DNA of 63,945 nt, counting the filler, from Reclinomonas americana ATCC 50394 (taxonomy: Eukaryota): the NCBI GenBank assembly GCA_048213135.1. It is 15 parts of 15 records of this genome, joined end to end, with 100 filler letters (N's around TTAATTAATTAA, not from the genome) between each part and the next. Parts side by side here need not be neighbours in the genome. Positions count along the whole stretch, not along the records: positions 25,368 to 27,226 come from AFZH01021360.1; positions 27,327 to 30,594 come from AFZH01021361.1; positions 30,695 to 35,781 come from AFZH01021362.1; positions 35,882 to 37,490 come from AFZH01021363.1; positions 37,591 to 41,884 come from AFZH01021364.1; 10 more parts are not named here. The stretch is one strand, 5' to 3'. This document shows positions 25,368-38,872 of the stretch, piece after piece. The notes beneath the pieces are model-generated. The model was given only the letters and a program-made list of their open reading frames with translations. It was not told the origin of the DNA and made no database searches. Each line of letters begins with the position of its first letter. Position 1 is the first letter of the stretch. A program made the position numbers and the translations under genes.

Positions 25368-27126
25368 CAACACGTCGAGGTCCTCGAGGAGCGGCAGCTT
25401 GCGCTCGACCAAGTAGTTTTCGATCTTGGCCCGGTTCTCCAACTCTGCAAACACGTCACCAAATCTCGTGTGCCACACGCTCGTCGTTACGGTGAAGAAA
25501 CACTCACCACTGGCGAGACTCGGCGTCAACGACTGGGCGAGGTCGTCGGCCGTCCGTGTGGAGTACAAGCTGCTGAGGCTCTTGCGCGATGTAGACATGG
25601 CCGAGGTCGGTCGGGCATCCACCGACGAAGCGGTCGACAGCCGGCCAAGCATGTCCAGTGTTGGCGGCAGCACTGCAGAAGAAGACGAGCGGGGGGCCGC
25701 GCTGGGAGGACGAGAACCGCCACTGATGCTGCCGTCGTCGTCCTCATCGTCGTCGTCTGCGAGCAGTATGATACCACCGTCGCTCTCCGGCACCTCACGG
25801 CGGTACCGCTTGTACAGTTCCTGATCGCTGGTGGTCGTGTGTAGTTTGCATGTGTGAGGAGGAGGGGGAGAGGCACGACGACAGAGAGAGAGAGAGACAA
25901 CGGCGAGAAGACGCAACACCGTGGCTCCACAGTACATGCGTTCCTCTTTGCTGACCTCCACCTCGTCCAACGACAGCAGCTGCGTGAAGGAGCGCACCAG
26001 TGTTTCTCGATAGTTTGGCAAGCTCGTCACCGGATTGTTGTGCATCATCAGGTAATGCAAGTTGCTCGGCATCTGATCCGTCTCCACCTCCTCGATGCGA
26101 TTGTACGACAGATCCAACACACGCAGCGTGTCCATGGAGAAAATGCCCTCCACTCGCTCAATCTCGTTGTGCGACAGATCCAAGAAGCGCAGATTGTACA
26201 GCAGCTCCAGGTTCTCGATCCTGCGAATGCAATTCTGCAGCGGACACTCGTGGGTCAACGATCGACTGCAGGTATGGCGGCGACGACAACAACAACGCAC
26301 GTGCTGCAGGTACAAGTTGGTGCACTCGGAGAAGCACTCGAGATTGTCAATGGCACGGATACGTCGACCATCGAGACGAATGTGCGTGATGCGGATCGAC
26401 TGCTCCACCAGATCCAACTCCTCCGGTCGCTCGCCGTCGGTGGACAGTGGAAAGCTCGTCTCAATCACCAACGAGGGCGTAATGGTGGTGTACGACGACC
26501 CCAGCACTCCCGACGACGCCACACGCTGCAAATCCGGTCGCTCAGAGACGATATCTTCACAAGCAGTGAGCGGCACAGTGAAGAGAGCACAGAGGTGCGT
26601 GCACAGACACACACCAGCGTACAGCTCATCCGCCTGCTTCTCCATCAGAACCTGCTGACGAGCGGCCCAGACATCGTCGTCTTGCAGTCGCGACATGCTG
26701 TCCTTCATGGCTGCAGACGAGACAAGTGAGACAGAGAAAGTAACAAGAGAGTGGAGCAGCACGCGTACCATTCGCCACCAGTTCGTCCACCTCACCACTC
26801 AACGCAGCCGCTGTGACGAGTGAGCGCGCGCGCGTGATCAACTGATGGAGAGAGACAACTGACTGACCACGATCATCCTCTTCTTCTTCGTCATCGCCTT
26901 CGCGCGCAGGCCTCAGTGATAGCTTTGGCATGCCCAGACTGGTCGCTGTGACCGAGGAAACACCCACAATCAGTGCGTCATCGGCTTCCTCGCGTCGTTC
27001 CTCGATTTCGCGCGCTGCTCTCTTCACATCGCGCGTGGCCGGGCCCAGGCGGCGACCAGCACTGCCTGGACGCGCCTTCTTGCCTCCACTGGCGGTGGAG
27101 GAGGCGGTGGGAGGGCGACTGCTCAT
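25368..27126 (-). CDS. LRRC46-like leucine-rich repeat protein (3' truncated)
   Basis: SDS22-type LRRs ITHIRLDGRRIRAIDNLE, NLYLQHNCIRRIENLE, LRFLDLSHNEIERVEG, LDLSYNRIEEV, and an LRR cap NNPVTSLPNYRETLV..LLSLD. Confidence 0.8.
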
Positions 27127-27350
27127 TGCTCTGTCTCTCTTGTATGTGGATGATGATGCAACGGACAGAGGACAGAGAAGATGTACAACAAACAAAACAC
27201 TTCATTCTTCTTTTTCTTCTTTCTTANNNNNNNNNNNNNNNNNNNNNNNNNNNNNNNNNNNNNNNNNNNNTTAATTAATTAANNNNNNNNNNNNNNNNNN
27301 NNNNNNNNNNNNNNNNNNNNNNNNNNCCGTCCCTCCCCGTCCCCTCCCTC

Positions 27351-27404
<54 letters not shown>

Positions 27405-27431
27405 CCCACTCTCCCTCTCCCATCTCCCTTC

Positions 27432-28468
27432 ACGCAACATGGCAGTGCGAATGGGCACGAGCGGGAAGAACGCGAGGCGGGCGACAAAGAATGAAATGGC
27501 AAAGACGATAAAGGTGACGTCGACCAGCTTCTCCAGCCTCAGGTAGCGGAACGACTTGGCCGAGTACAAGAAGATATCCGACACATCGTGCAACAGCAGC
27601 AGCAGCAGTCCAATTCGATGGTACCTGTGCGTGTGCCGCAGCGCAATGAGCAAGATCTCGCAGCAACAACTAAAGCGTGGCAAGGCGAGCACGCACCGCG
27701 CCCACGCCGAGAACAAGATCAGCATGATGGTGGTCACGTGATGCACGACATACACCCAGAAATCGTCGAGTCGTGTCTCGAAAAAGTGCGACACCAGTGC
27801 CTCCACGTAGAACGCCAGCTCCAGCAGGTAGTACAAGAGGAACGCCGGCCTGTGCAAAAAACACGAGTGAGCAGGCACGTCGCGACGAACTGCAACATTG
27901 AGACAGTGCGGAGTGCACCTGAACGGTTGCAGAGGCCAGTTCGCCCAGATATTTGAGATGGGGAAGAGGGTCCACTCCTCGGTCATAAACACCCACATGG
28001 CCATGGAAAACGCCAACGTGTAATACGTGGCGTACCACGAGTTCTCCATAAACTTGCGCTCCAATTTGCGAAACGATGCATCGTACGTGGCACGATCCTT
28101 CTTCTCGCCGTGCCATCGCCGGAAGAAGCGCAGTGCGCAGAAGCGGAAGGCGTTCTTCACGACGAAGAAGCCGAGGGCGAGAATGCAGACGGGAACGAGC
28201 GCGCGAGCCTCGTAACCGACGCGCTGCGGGTCGCTAATGTAGTGCTCGTTGGCCGCGCGAGCCACTGCATCGTGCGTGTAGGTGCTCACATCGTCGCCTG
28301 CGTAGTCCACTGATAGCCTGTGTGACGCACACACACAACGCATATTTTTTATGAGGATGCGCATACACACACACGAGACACGCATTTCATCGCCTCTCTC
28401 TCTGTGCACACACACACACACACTCACGGTTCGAGATACCACGAGATACTCGACCACGGAGAAGACAT
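27432..28468 (-). CDS. Ceramide synthase (LAG1/TLC domain), 3' truncated
   Basis: KFMENSWYATYY, IWANWP, YYLLELAFY, and the Lag1 motif RLDDFWVYVVHHVTTIMLI...RIGLLLLLLHDVSDIFL. Confidence 0.92.
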
Positions 28469-29424
28469 TCGTTGTGTTGTGTCCACGTGTGCGTTTGTGT
28501 GTGTTGGTGTGATTGTTTGGGGCGCGTGCTCGCGAAAAACATATTCTCTTTTTTTGTCGTATTTGGCGAGAGAGGGAAGCGGACGGCGATCCCTGGTACT
28601 GCTATAGATGGCGATGGCGAGATGGTGGTGGTGTGTCTGTCTATGTGATGATTGCAGGTCGAGTCGTGATCGGTACACGATCGATATATCGATAGCGACA
28701 TATATTGAATGTGTACATGCAGGCGCACACGCAGATAAAGCGAACGGATCGCGACTATGTGGTGTCACGCCACGTCGTCCGATCACCATGGCGGGGCAGT
28801 GGAGAGCGGTGAATCGAAAAGAGAGGAGGGCATTTTTTGGCCGATCGGAGTTGCCTTACATAAGCGCCGGTTTTGTGCAACGCACGGCGGCGGCAGCGTG
28901 CGTTCGTTGCGCGTGTATGCGCGAGAGGTTGAGCAAGTCGATGTTCTCAGACTCCACACTCTTTGCAGGAGTCTTCGACTCTCGGAGACGTGCATGGGTC
29001 CAGATTTGTGACTGGTGGAGAAGGAGACAGCGCCCTGCTTCCACTCGCAGCAACCAGCTGCTGTGGTGCTGCGGTGATGTTCAGTGTCACTCACAACTCG
29101 GCTGCCATCTCGCTCCTCCTCCACCGCATACGGTGACGCCTCACTCGATTTGCCTTCCCGCCGTCACTGACGCCAACCCCACCAACATGCAGAGCCTCGC
29201 TGCGGAAGCCACTTCTTGCAACCTCAATGAACTCCAGATCCACTCCCCCCAGCAGCTGAGAGCTCCCACACCACGCGAGCCTCTCCACTCACCTCCAGGA
29301 TTTGCATGACGCGTGGATCGTCACCGCTGCGCCAGCTACTGCACCTGCTTGTGGAACCTCACCATCGCTGTCGCCTCATAGTTGCTGCGACCATGTCACA
29401 AACGCTTGTGCAGTGTACATTCGC

Positions 29425-30505
29425 TTACTTTACCACCGCAGTCACTCGTCCCATGTGCGCGCGACGAATGGAGGTGCGCGAGCGCTTGCGCGCCGTGGCC
29501 ATCACCGCCGCCGCCGTGTCATCCAGATCCGCCGTGTCGACATTGTCGGAGCCGAGGGCGCCGCCCACCGCCGAGCAGGCCGAGGAGGAGAGACGCTTGC
29601 GACGCCAGCGCGCCAACTCGGCGCTGGACTTTTGCGCGGTGCGGAACAGGCGCTGCTCGATGCGCGTCAACTTGGCCAGCGCCGCCGACTCGGCCTCCGT
29701 GTGACCCGTAGTCATGCGCGACATGGAGCAGCCGCCAGCGCGCAACCCCGACGTGTGGAACGTGTCGAGAATGCGACGGAAGCGCTCGATGAACAGCGGC
29801 AACAGCATTCGCCTCATCTCCCCATCGCCAGTGCTGTGCATGCGCGATCAGCACGTGCGCTCATGGTGTGGGGCGACTCGCTGCAGTAACAGACGCAACA
29901 GATTCGCCACGCGGGCGCCCATCTCGAAAAAGTGCGGGTTGGACTGGTTGAGATTGTAGAAGGCTGGGTCGGCCTCCAACCCGCGCAAGTACCGCGGTCG
30001 CAGATACGCCGGCACATCGACGTCGACATAGCCACGGCGACACACTGCGCTGACCAGCCAGAACGGCATGTCAACTCGCGCGCCCTCTCGCAACTGTGAG
30101 TGTGATCAGTTGGCCCCAAATCGTCATGACATTGCGCGCCAAAACACACAAAACAATCATGCGAGACGGTGAGCGACACGCAACGTCCTTGTCTTCCTCC
30201 TCCTCCTCGTCTTCGTCTTCGTCCTCCTCCTCCTCATCATCGTCCATGTTGTCTCCCGCCTCTGCTCTTCTTCTCATCCTCTCCTCCTTCCTCTGCAGTT
30301 GCTTCTCATCCTCGCGGTATGAGGTGTCCAGGAAGCCCAACTCAAACGACGCAGTGCGCCACACCACACTCAGTTTCTGTGTGAGAGAGTGAGAGCAGAG
30401 AGAGACAGTGAGTGAGAGGCAAAGAGAGTGACAGTGAGAGTGCACGCGCATGCAGACCTCCTCCTCAGCCAACAGCTGATCCAAGTCATAGTACTGTCCC
30501 TCCAT
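29425..30505 (-). CDS. PSF3: GINS complex subunit 3
   Basis: MEGQYYDLDQLLAEEE, LGFLD, GARVDMPFWLV, LEADPAFYNL...HFFEMG, FIERFRRILD. Confidence 0.9.
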
Positions 30506-30694
30506 GAATGATGATGATTGTTGTGCAAAGAGTGTTGTCTCTGATGTTCGTTATCGACTGAGGGTTTGCTTGGCAGAAGGCGCGCGCGGCCGGTNNNNNN
30601 NNNNNNNNNNNNNNNNNNNNNNNNNNNNNNNNNNNNNNTTAATTAATTAANNNNNNNNNNNNNNNNNNNNNNNNNNNNNNNNNNNNNNNNNNNN

Positions 30695-32145
30695 GGACTC
30701 GGTTGTTCTCTGCCTGCGCGGTCGCACATTCGATGTCAAGGAGGTACATGCACGTTGGTCAGTCGCTCCTCCTCAATGCGTGCTACTGATTGTGTGATCC
30801 AAGGTGGAGACGTCAAACACGCTGCTGTTTGTGTCGCCCGAGTCGGTGCAAGCAAGTGGATTCGATGTGATTCAACCGGAAGCCGATGCAACGGTTGGTG
30901 TGGTGTCACTGTCTGTCTCGCCCGCTCTCTTGTGACTCTGACGAGGGCGCAGCTGACGGTGAGCTTCTCGGCGGGATCGTACTTGGAGCTGGTGGCCGCA
31001 CTGCCACGGTTGCATCAGCTGCGGGAGTTGCTGCAGCGTGCGGCGTTTGCGGGCGAGGAGTCGGAGGTCGATGAGGATGGGCAGCCGAGACCGCTCGGCC
31101 ACTCGTTGGAGGAGCTGGAGGATCGCGTGCAGGCCAGTCGTGATGAGATTCTGAGAGGGCTGCACGAGTTCCGTGCGTTCAAGGTCAATGGTGAGGCCGC
31201 TCCCTTTCCCCTCTCTCTTTGTCTCTCATTATCAACGCTGGCGCGCCTGCAGGCAAGTACCGCGTCTTTGAGAGTGAGCATCTGGCCACCGTGTTCGACA
31301 CAATTCTGGCCGACATTCTCGCCGCCAGTGGCGACATTGAGCGAGTGCGCTTGTCGGTGCTTCGTCTCGCCATCCCCGACATGAGCGACATTGATCTGGC
31401 CAACTGTCTCTACGTGTACGGCACTCCACACGATGCGGCGATCCAGTTGTTGCGTACTACGAAAGATGTGCTGTTCGCAGTCCTCTTGTACTCACGCGCC
31501 TCGCTTCACTGCAGCGACGAGGACTTTGATGCCACGAAAGTCGAGTTGTGGAAACTCGATCGGCGACTCATCTGTCGGCACCGAGCACTCGAGTTTCTCA
31601 CTCTGCACGAGGTTGGCTCGCTGTCTCTCTGCTTCTCTTTGCCTTCCATGTCACTCGGTCGCTCACTGCGCGCAGTCGTGGGGTCTCGAAGAGTTCATGC
31701 AAGTGTGGTCGGAGCAGATGCCCAGCTCGTGGAGAATACAACCGTCGTTGGACATGATTGCTGTTGCGTCGCGCACGGGTGCTTGGCTGGTGGCGATTCT
31801 CTCTCATCTCACCCCCCTCATCAGGACATGATGGTGGTGATCACGCAAGGCCTGGACACGCACGTGCGATATGTGGATTCGGCGCAGTTGCCGGTGACCC
31901 TCAAGGCGCGCGTACGACACCTCTTTGGCCTGAAACCCAAGTGGAAGCTGGCTGAGTTGACCCCGTTTGTAAGGTGCGTGTGTGTGTCGCTGCACATTTC
32001 CCTTTTCGTCCCGACCCACCCCAATCTTCCCGACCACAGAAAGCTCATTCCACCCAGTGTCAAGGTGGAGGAGAGCTTGCGCCCATTCGTTCGCATCCAC
32101 GCCGACGAAGCCGACCCATCGCTGCTGTGGTTTACGTTGCGGTAA
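30695..32145 (+). CDS. DCC1: Sister chromatid cohesion protein DCC1 (Ctf18-RFC subunit); 5' end in gap
   Basis: DSVVLCLRGRTFDVKEVETSNTLL, PRLHQLRELL, VQASRDEIL, WGLEEFMQVWSEQMP, LPVTLKARVRHLFGLKPKWKLAELTPFV. Confidence 0.88.
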
Positions 32146-32199
32146 ATATATCGATAATTTCCTTAATTTTTCTGTATTACATGCCACCCACGCCGTTTG

Positions 32200-34112
32200 T
32201 CATCTTCGTCGCCGCATGCCGTCGTCACTGCTGTGAGTGCTGTTGTTGTGGCCGCCTCTACTCGTACTGCCGCTCCGTAGTGATTGCAATGGTGGTGGTG
32301 GCGATGGCCGCCGCTGCTGGTGTTGCATGTCGGCGTCGTCGTCTCGCTTGAGGAGTGATGGGTTCCACTGGACGCGCCACTCATCGACACACAGCTGCAC
32401 TCGGCTCGTGTCCCACCCGGAAGCCGCCACGGCCTCGATGAAATCGTCCACCATGGCGCGATTCTCAAACGCCTCGTCGGCAAACAGCTCGCCCTCTAGC
32501 GCGAATCGACGCAACAAGGCGTGCGTGTACGCCCGCAAATGGTCCAATGGCGTCGTGCCCTCCTCAAACACCACATACGCCGTTGGACCGCTCATGTCCA
32601 CGGAGAGGAGCCACCGGTGCTCCCGTGCCACACTTTCGTGCAGGCGATCCACAGTGAGGCGCACGGCGCGCAGCGGCACACCGAGGTGGATGCGGAACGC
32701 AGACTCGTGCACGGCATCCCACCACCAAACGCTCTCGACTTTGGCCAACTCCGCCGGACGGGAGAGTGCCTTGCGTCGGCGGCTGCCAATGAACTCGCGC
32801 AGCAGCAGGGTGACGCGCTGACGATTCAGCGATTCCAGCTGCCGTCAGCAAAGAGTCAGCAAAGGGGAAAGGGAGCAGGAGGTGCCTGTGGGACAGCACG
32901 ATACGGCGCACCTGCAACACGCGAACCGCGCGGTAGTTGCAGAACAGATGCATCGCGACGAGTGCAAGAAACACCGCCCAACAAATCGCCGCGCTTTTCA
33001 CAATGGCCGGCGTGACCAGCAGACCAACTGCGGAACCCACGAGTCCGACAGCAATCTCCTGCGAGCCATCCTTGGCGCTCACCTACAAGCCACAAACGGC
33101 ATTAGACGATTCTCTTTCTCTCTTTCGCGCGCGAGCGTGTAGGTGGGTGGTGGAGATGTTGCAATTAGCGTACAGCGGACACAAAGAGCCACCACCAACG
33201 CAACATCGGCCATATTATGCGCGCGAGCCTGGTGTTGTGTGATGGCCGCGCGAGTGGCACCCCCCGCCACATCGGTGACCGCCCGCACCAGCGCCGCCAG
33301 GCAAGTGCACGCGAAAAACCTGTGTTCGGAAAGAATCACCAAAGATGGACACACATGCATACGGGGGAAGGGCCACACACGGACCATGTTCTCCGTCCTT
33401 CGAAGAGCGCCCCACCCGCCAGCTCCACCAACATTGCCACATCGCACGCGATATCCGCCACCAACCGCCACGTTTTCGGGTTGGCGTCGAGGCCCGCCGA
33501 CTGCACCCGGGCCCACCCAAACCAAATCTTCCCAATGCGTGAACAACCGTCGCTGACAATCCACGACAAGGTGACCGCCAAAGGCGTGCTGCTGGCGTCG
33601 CCCACACCCACTCCTTTCAGCATCGCGTGTGTCGACAGGATGCCCGCCAGACAACTGCACAACGCCTGCATCGTGTCCCACTGCGATATGCAAAGTTAGA
33701 GTGAGCAAGAGGAGGAAGTGGACATCGTCAGCCACGTCGTGTGCATGTGCGCGCGCCCCCTCACCAACTGGTACTGCAAGTAGTCTGGAGACACAGAGTT
33801 GGGGAAGCCCGCTGGCAAGAAGCACGAGGCCACAAAGGCGGCCAGACGAGTGCGTGGGCGATCGAGTGACGAGTGTTGGCGATCGGGTTGCACGCTGTGT
33901 GCGGGGAAGAGAGAGATGGGAGGAGAGAGAGAGAAGGAGGGGGGAGAGCGTGATGAGATCGGTTGGGCATGTCGCCAAACGAGAACCGAGGCAACGAGTG
34001 TGTGTGTCAGTGAGTGTGTTTGTGTGCGCAACATCCGGTTGTCGGCCACAGCATAAGATCGTGTGTGGTGGGTAAGTGGCGATCGTTCACTGGCAATCAC
34101 GTTTGCGTCCAT
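32200..34112 (-). CDS. RUS1: RUS1/DUF647 family protein (RUSF1-like)
   Basis: FLPAGFPNSVSPDYLQYQLWDTMQALCS, AMLKGVGVGD, LDANPKTWRLVAD, VAGGATRAAITQHQARAHNMADVSAKDGSQE, HLFCNYRAVR. Confidence 0.93.
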
Positions 34113-34458
34113 GGTGCAGGTCACGCACTTGCGCGTCACACACAGTGAAAAAAGGAGAAAGGGAAAGACGTAGCTGCGCACACGCCCACGACACTCAAAA
34201 AAGAACGAAACCGCAATTCCTCGGCTCGAGGCAACTAGTTGATTTTTCCCTTTTCCTTCTTCCACGCATGTGCGGGAATTGGAGTTTGCCGCTCGAGGTG
34301 AGTGGTTATGCAATGCTGCGTCGAACACGAGACCACACCAGTTCTGTTATACTCTCTCTCGCTTTCCTGCGTCTCCTCGCCACATCGACGAACTTTGAAA
34401 ACACATCATCATCAAACAAACAGTACAAAACACAAAACACAACACGAACACCACAAAC

Positions 34459-37345
34459 TCAGCCGTCGGGGAAGTAGAGATTGTAGAGGCCCTCGCCGAG
34501 GTACTCTTGTGGTGTCTTGGCTTCGGCCTTGAGAATGGCACGAAAGTGCGGAAGCACTTCGTCGCGTTGGGGTTTCAGCGTGAACTCCAACGCCGACATT
34601 AGCGGTATCTCCAGGTCCAACACCTTGCGGCGACTGACTCCCATCACCGTGGCAATGCGCTGCAAGGCACATTGAGCACCACACGCTTCAACTGAAACAA
34701 GCAATGCACACACACACCTCGATACTATCGCGCAGACTCAGTGAATTGAGCGGCTCATTCATCTTGACGGCGATCACCAGCGACACGGCTGGCAGCGACA
34801 GGTGAGGACACAGCAAGAAAACAGACATGCAACCCACACACACGCACCCATGGCCAGCGAGGCATTGCTGCGAGTGACCAAATTCTGCGTGCACGCCCGA
34901 ATTAGTGGACATTGGCCAACAGCACACACCACGCACCCCCCACGCCCCGCATTCGCTCGCCACGCACCCGCAGTACCAGGCCCTCAAAGTAGACATACGA
35001 CAATGCCACAGTAACGAGCTCGAGGAATGCGCCCTGCGCACATGGACGCACAAAAAAGAGAAACACAAATCAGGAAAGCAGCATCAAAAAGAAGAGTGTG
35101 TGTGTGTGTGGCGTCAAAGCGCAGCGACGAGGCGTACCGGTCCGATGGCCAACTGCACAGCCTCGCGCTTGACTTTTCGAATGCGGGAGAGCGTAATGTC
35201 GACACGCAGCCATTCCTCGTGCTTCTCCCTGAACTGCGCCTGCAGTTCAGCGCGAAGATCCTGCGGCCTCAGCCACGGAATCGTCGACGACTGCGCGCAG
35301 AATCACCACACGTCAGCTTCCACCATGGCCGCACCGCGACGATGCGTAGGTAACTGACCATGAATGACGGCAGAGAGCGGACGGAGCGGCGGCTGCCACC
35401 GCGCATGTCGGGATCGTCGAGGAAGTAGGGATCATATGGAATTCTGCACAACATGGCGCACCCGCGTGAGGAGGCCACACCAACTTTGCCAGCATGCCAC
35501 ACACACACACACACACCTTTCAGTCTCGAGCGAGCCACGGAACGACAGCTTGTCGTAGCGATCGTGCAGCGCCAGCAGATCCTCCAGAGGGTTCTCAGAG
35601 GGTCGCGAGGGACTGCCGAAGGTGTCGCCGCCAGTGCGCCGCCGCAGCACGCTCGACACCATCAGGCAGCCGCCCTGCGGGGTGATCCAGAAGACGGTCG
35701 GATTCTGGCCTTGCAGACGCACGAGGTCCTCGGGGCGGTTGGAGCTGTGTGGTGTGCGGAGGGGAAGGGTGAGGGGCTGGANNNNNNNNNNNNNNNNNNN
35801 NNNNNNNNNNNNNNNNNNNNNNNNNTTAATTAATTAANNNNNNNNNNNNNNNNNNNNNNNNNNNNNNNNNNNNNNNNNNNNGGGGAGGAAAGAGATACAG
35901 GCGGAGCACACGAAACATGGTCGCCAGCGATCCTTTTCTGCTCACTGTTGAGCTCTGTGTGCATGCATTCGTTCAGATGCTGCTAAGCGCCTGGCAACAC
36001 CGAAAAAACATACCCGACGACGCCGGTGGTCCTCGAATGATCCCGCGCCACCGCCCTCCTCAACCACCACAGCACCGGCGAAAACGGCAGTGGTGGACAC
36101 GGCGGGAGTTGCACCTATGCTCGGAGTGCCACTCAGGGTCGAGCTACTGGAGGCACCGAGAACCACCGCCGGCAACACCGTGGCCATGGCTGTCACCGCC
36201 GCACCGGCGGCAAGACTGGACGCCGCGGCGACCGCGGGGTTTTGCAGCACGCCGCTGCTGCCGACACCGACGGCACTGTTGACGCCACTGCCGTACACGG
36301 GTAGAGACTGCGTTGGGCGCAGCAGGTCGTCGGTGGACATGTCCGGCTGTGGGAGTGGTGAGCGAAGAGAAGGCAGAGGAGAGCTTTGGAAAAAAAACTC
36401 ACATCACCAAACGTGTCACCCTCCGTCGGCGACATTGGCTTCATCGTCAACGGAATACTGCTGAGAAAGGCCAGGGCCGCATTGCTCTGCTTGACCTTTT
36501 TCTTCTGCACTGGCACTCGATTCGACACCGTCGATGCGCTGGCTGTTGCCGCCAGAGTGGAGCTGCTAGAGCCACCGCCGGCCGCAGCTCGCCTACTACT
36601 TGCGGCGGCGGCGGCGGCCGTCGCTGAAGACGGCATGCGTGTGGTTGAGTCGCCGGACGGTGGTGATAAGGCGGATTGAGAGCCGAATCGGCGGGGAGCG
36701 CGCTGTGGAAAGGGCGGGAGGTGAATGGGGAGGAGGAGGGAAGGAGAGGAGAAGGGAAATAAATTGACAGAAGACACAGGGAAGATGGAAGGCGGCCTAT
36801 ACAAGGGCGAGATACTGACACAGAAAGCACTCTGGCACCAAGACCAACAACTAAACTCGGAAGGAGACTGAGCCAGATTGACCCACGAAGAGAGTCCTTC
36901 TCGCACGCCAACGAGTGCCAAGTCATTCCCAAATAGGTCAGTAAGAGAGCAGACAAGAGCAGGTTCCACCGACACAGAAGATTGTCACACAAGCGGAGAC
37001 GAACTCGGAAGCAGACTGAAACAGATTCGCCTCTCGCCAACGAGTGGGAACTCAACCACCGACAAGATCAACAAGAGACAAGAAGACGGAGGAGGGAGAA
37101 TGTGTCGCCGACGCAGTGACAGCCTCCCGCAACCCAAGACGAAGAACTCGGCTGAAGCGGACTGAAACAGAATCACCTCTCGCAACAAGCGGGAACTCAA
37201 CCCTCAAGAAGTTCAGCAAAGAGAAGGCAAATGGAATGTTCCACCGACGCAGCATGACGACAAGTGACCTCACGTGCACGCAGTGTAGCAGCACCAACTC
37301 GACAGCGAAACCAAGCACGAACAACCCTCACAACACACACACAGA

Positions 37346-37420
<75 letters not shown>

Positions 37421-37711
37421 CTACTACTACGTACGTACCGTACCGTACCGTACCGTACCGTACCGTACCGTACCGTACCGTACCCGTACCNNNNNNNNNN
37501 NNNNNNNNNNNNNNNNNNNNNNNNNNNNNNNNNNTTAATTAATTAANNNNNNNNNNNNNNNNNNNNNNNNNNNNNNNNNNNNNNNNNNNNGTACGACCGA
37601 CGACGGACGTACGAACGTAACGACGTACCACCGTACGACGACGACGACGTACGTACGTACGACGACACACACACACACGACGAACACACACACACACACA
37701 CACACACACGA

Positions 37712-37770
<59 letters not shown>

Positions 37771-38795
37771 ACCTGCATCATAGCATCATCAGCCGACGCC
37801 GGCACTGCCGCCGCTCCCGCCGCCGTCGCAGAAGACGAAGACGCCGTCACGATATCCATGAGCAGCGGACTCAGTTTTTTCTTGCGCTTCTTCTTCATTT
37901 GCGTCGGTTCTATTATCGCAGTCGAGGCTGTGGCACCAGCAGAGAGAGAGTGAGGCCAAAGTGAATTCATGCGCGATCAAAGTGCATTCAAAGTGGGCGA
38001 TCTACACATGGACGGGGGATGAGAAGGAGAGAAAGTGAGAGGGGGAGAAAGAGTGTGTGAGTGTGTGAGAAGAGAGAGGGAGAGAGAGAGAGAGAGATGA
38101 GAGAAGGAATGAGAGTGAGACCAAAGTGCATTCGTGCGCGATCAAAGTGCATTCAAGTGGGCGATCTACACATGGACGGGGGATGGGAAGGAGAGAAAGT
38201 GAGAGGGGGAGAGAGTGTGAGTGTGTGAGAGAGTGAGAGTGAGATGAGAGAAGGAATGAGAATGAGACCAAAGTGCATTCGTGCGCGATCAAAGTGCATT
38301 CAAGCGGGCGATCCACACTTGCGAGTGCGCACCAAGAGTATGCATGTGTGCACAGGGGGAGAGAGACAGAAAGAGAGAGAGAGAGAAGGAATGAGACTGA
38401 GACCGAAGTGTTTCCGTGTACGTTCAAAGTGCATTGAAGAGGATGATCTACACTGCGAGTGTACACCATGTGAAAGAGAGCGTGTGAGTGTGTGAGAAGA
38501 GAGAGGGAGTGTGTGTGAGACAGCGAGAGTGAGATGGGAGAAGGAATGAGAATGAGACCAAAGTGCATTCGTGCGCGATCAAAGTGCATTCAAGTGGGCA
38601 AACTACACCAGCCGAGTGTGCACTTACAGAGAGTGTGCGTATACGTGTGCAAATGAGCGAGAGAGTGAGAAGAAACACGAGACGAATGAATCATGCGCAG
38701 CCACTTGAACGTGAAAGTGTGCTCGACCAAAGTGCATCACACACACACGAGAGACACACAAAGCACACGCAACACTTATCAGCCGCGTCACCCAT
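34459..38795 (-). CDS. CABLES-like cyclin-box protein; spans two gaps
   Basis: N-terminal AALAFLSSIPL motif, YDPYFLDDPDMRGGSRRSVRSLPSFMVS, DLRAELQAQFREKHEW..ITLSRIRKVK, TVALSYVYFEGLV, IAVKMNE. Exons 38795-38774 and 37928-37773 are phase-compatible with the exon starting at 36702. Confidence 0.82.
36895..37270. repeat. Intronic degenerate repeat, about three units of 130-150 bp
   Basis: CTCTCGC(C)AAC(GA)GYGGGAACTCAACC-like blocks near 36899, 37031 and 37177. Confidence 0.55.
37955..38610. repeat. Intronic tandem repeat, five units of 135-165 bp
   Basis: CCAAAGTGCATTCGTGCGCGATCAAAGTGCATTCAAG and variants recur near 37956, 38121, 38268, 38403 and 38558. Confidence 0.85.
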
Positions 38796-38872
38796 TTTAC
38801 AACAAGGCAAACACACAGCAATCGGATCATCGACCAACAGAACCATACACACTTATCACAGGCGGAAGTGGC

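Noticed and set aside
37410..37680. (GTACC)n and ACG/TACG runs flanking a gap
   Set aside because: They follow dinucleotide runs at contig ends and look like pyrosequencing dephasing artefacts rather than a real satellite or telomere.
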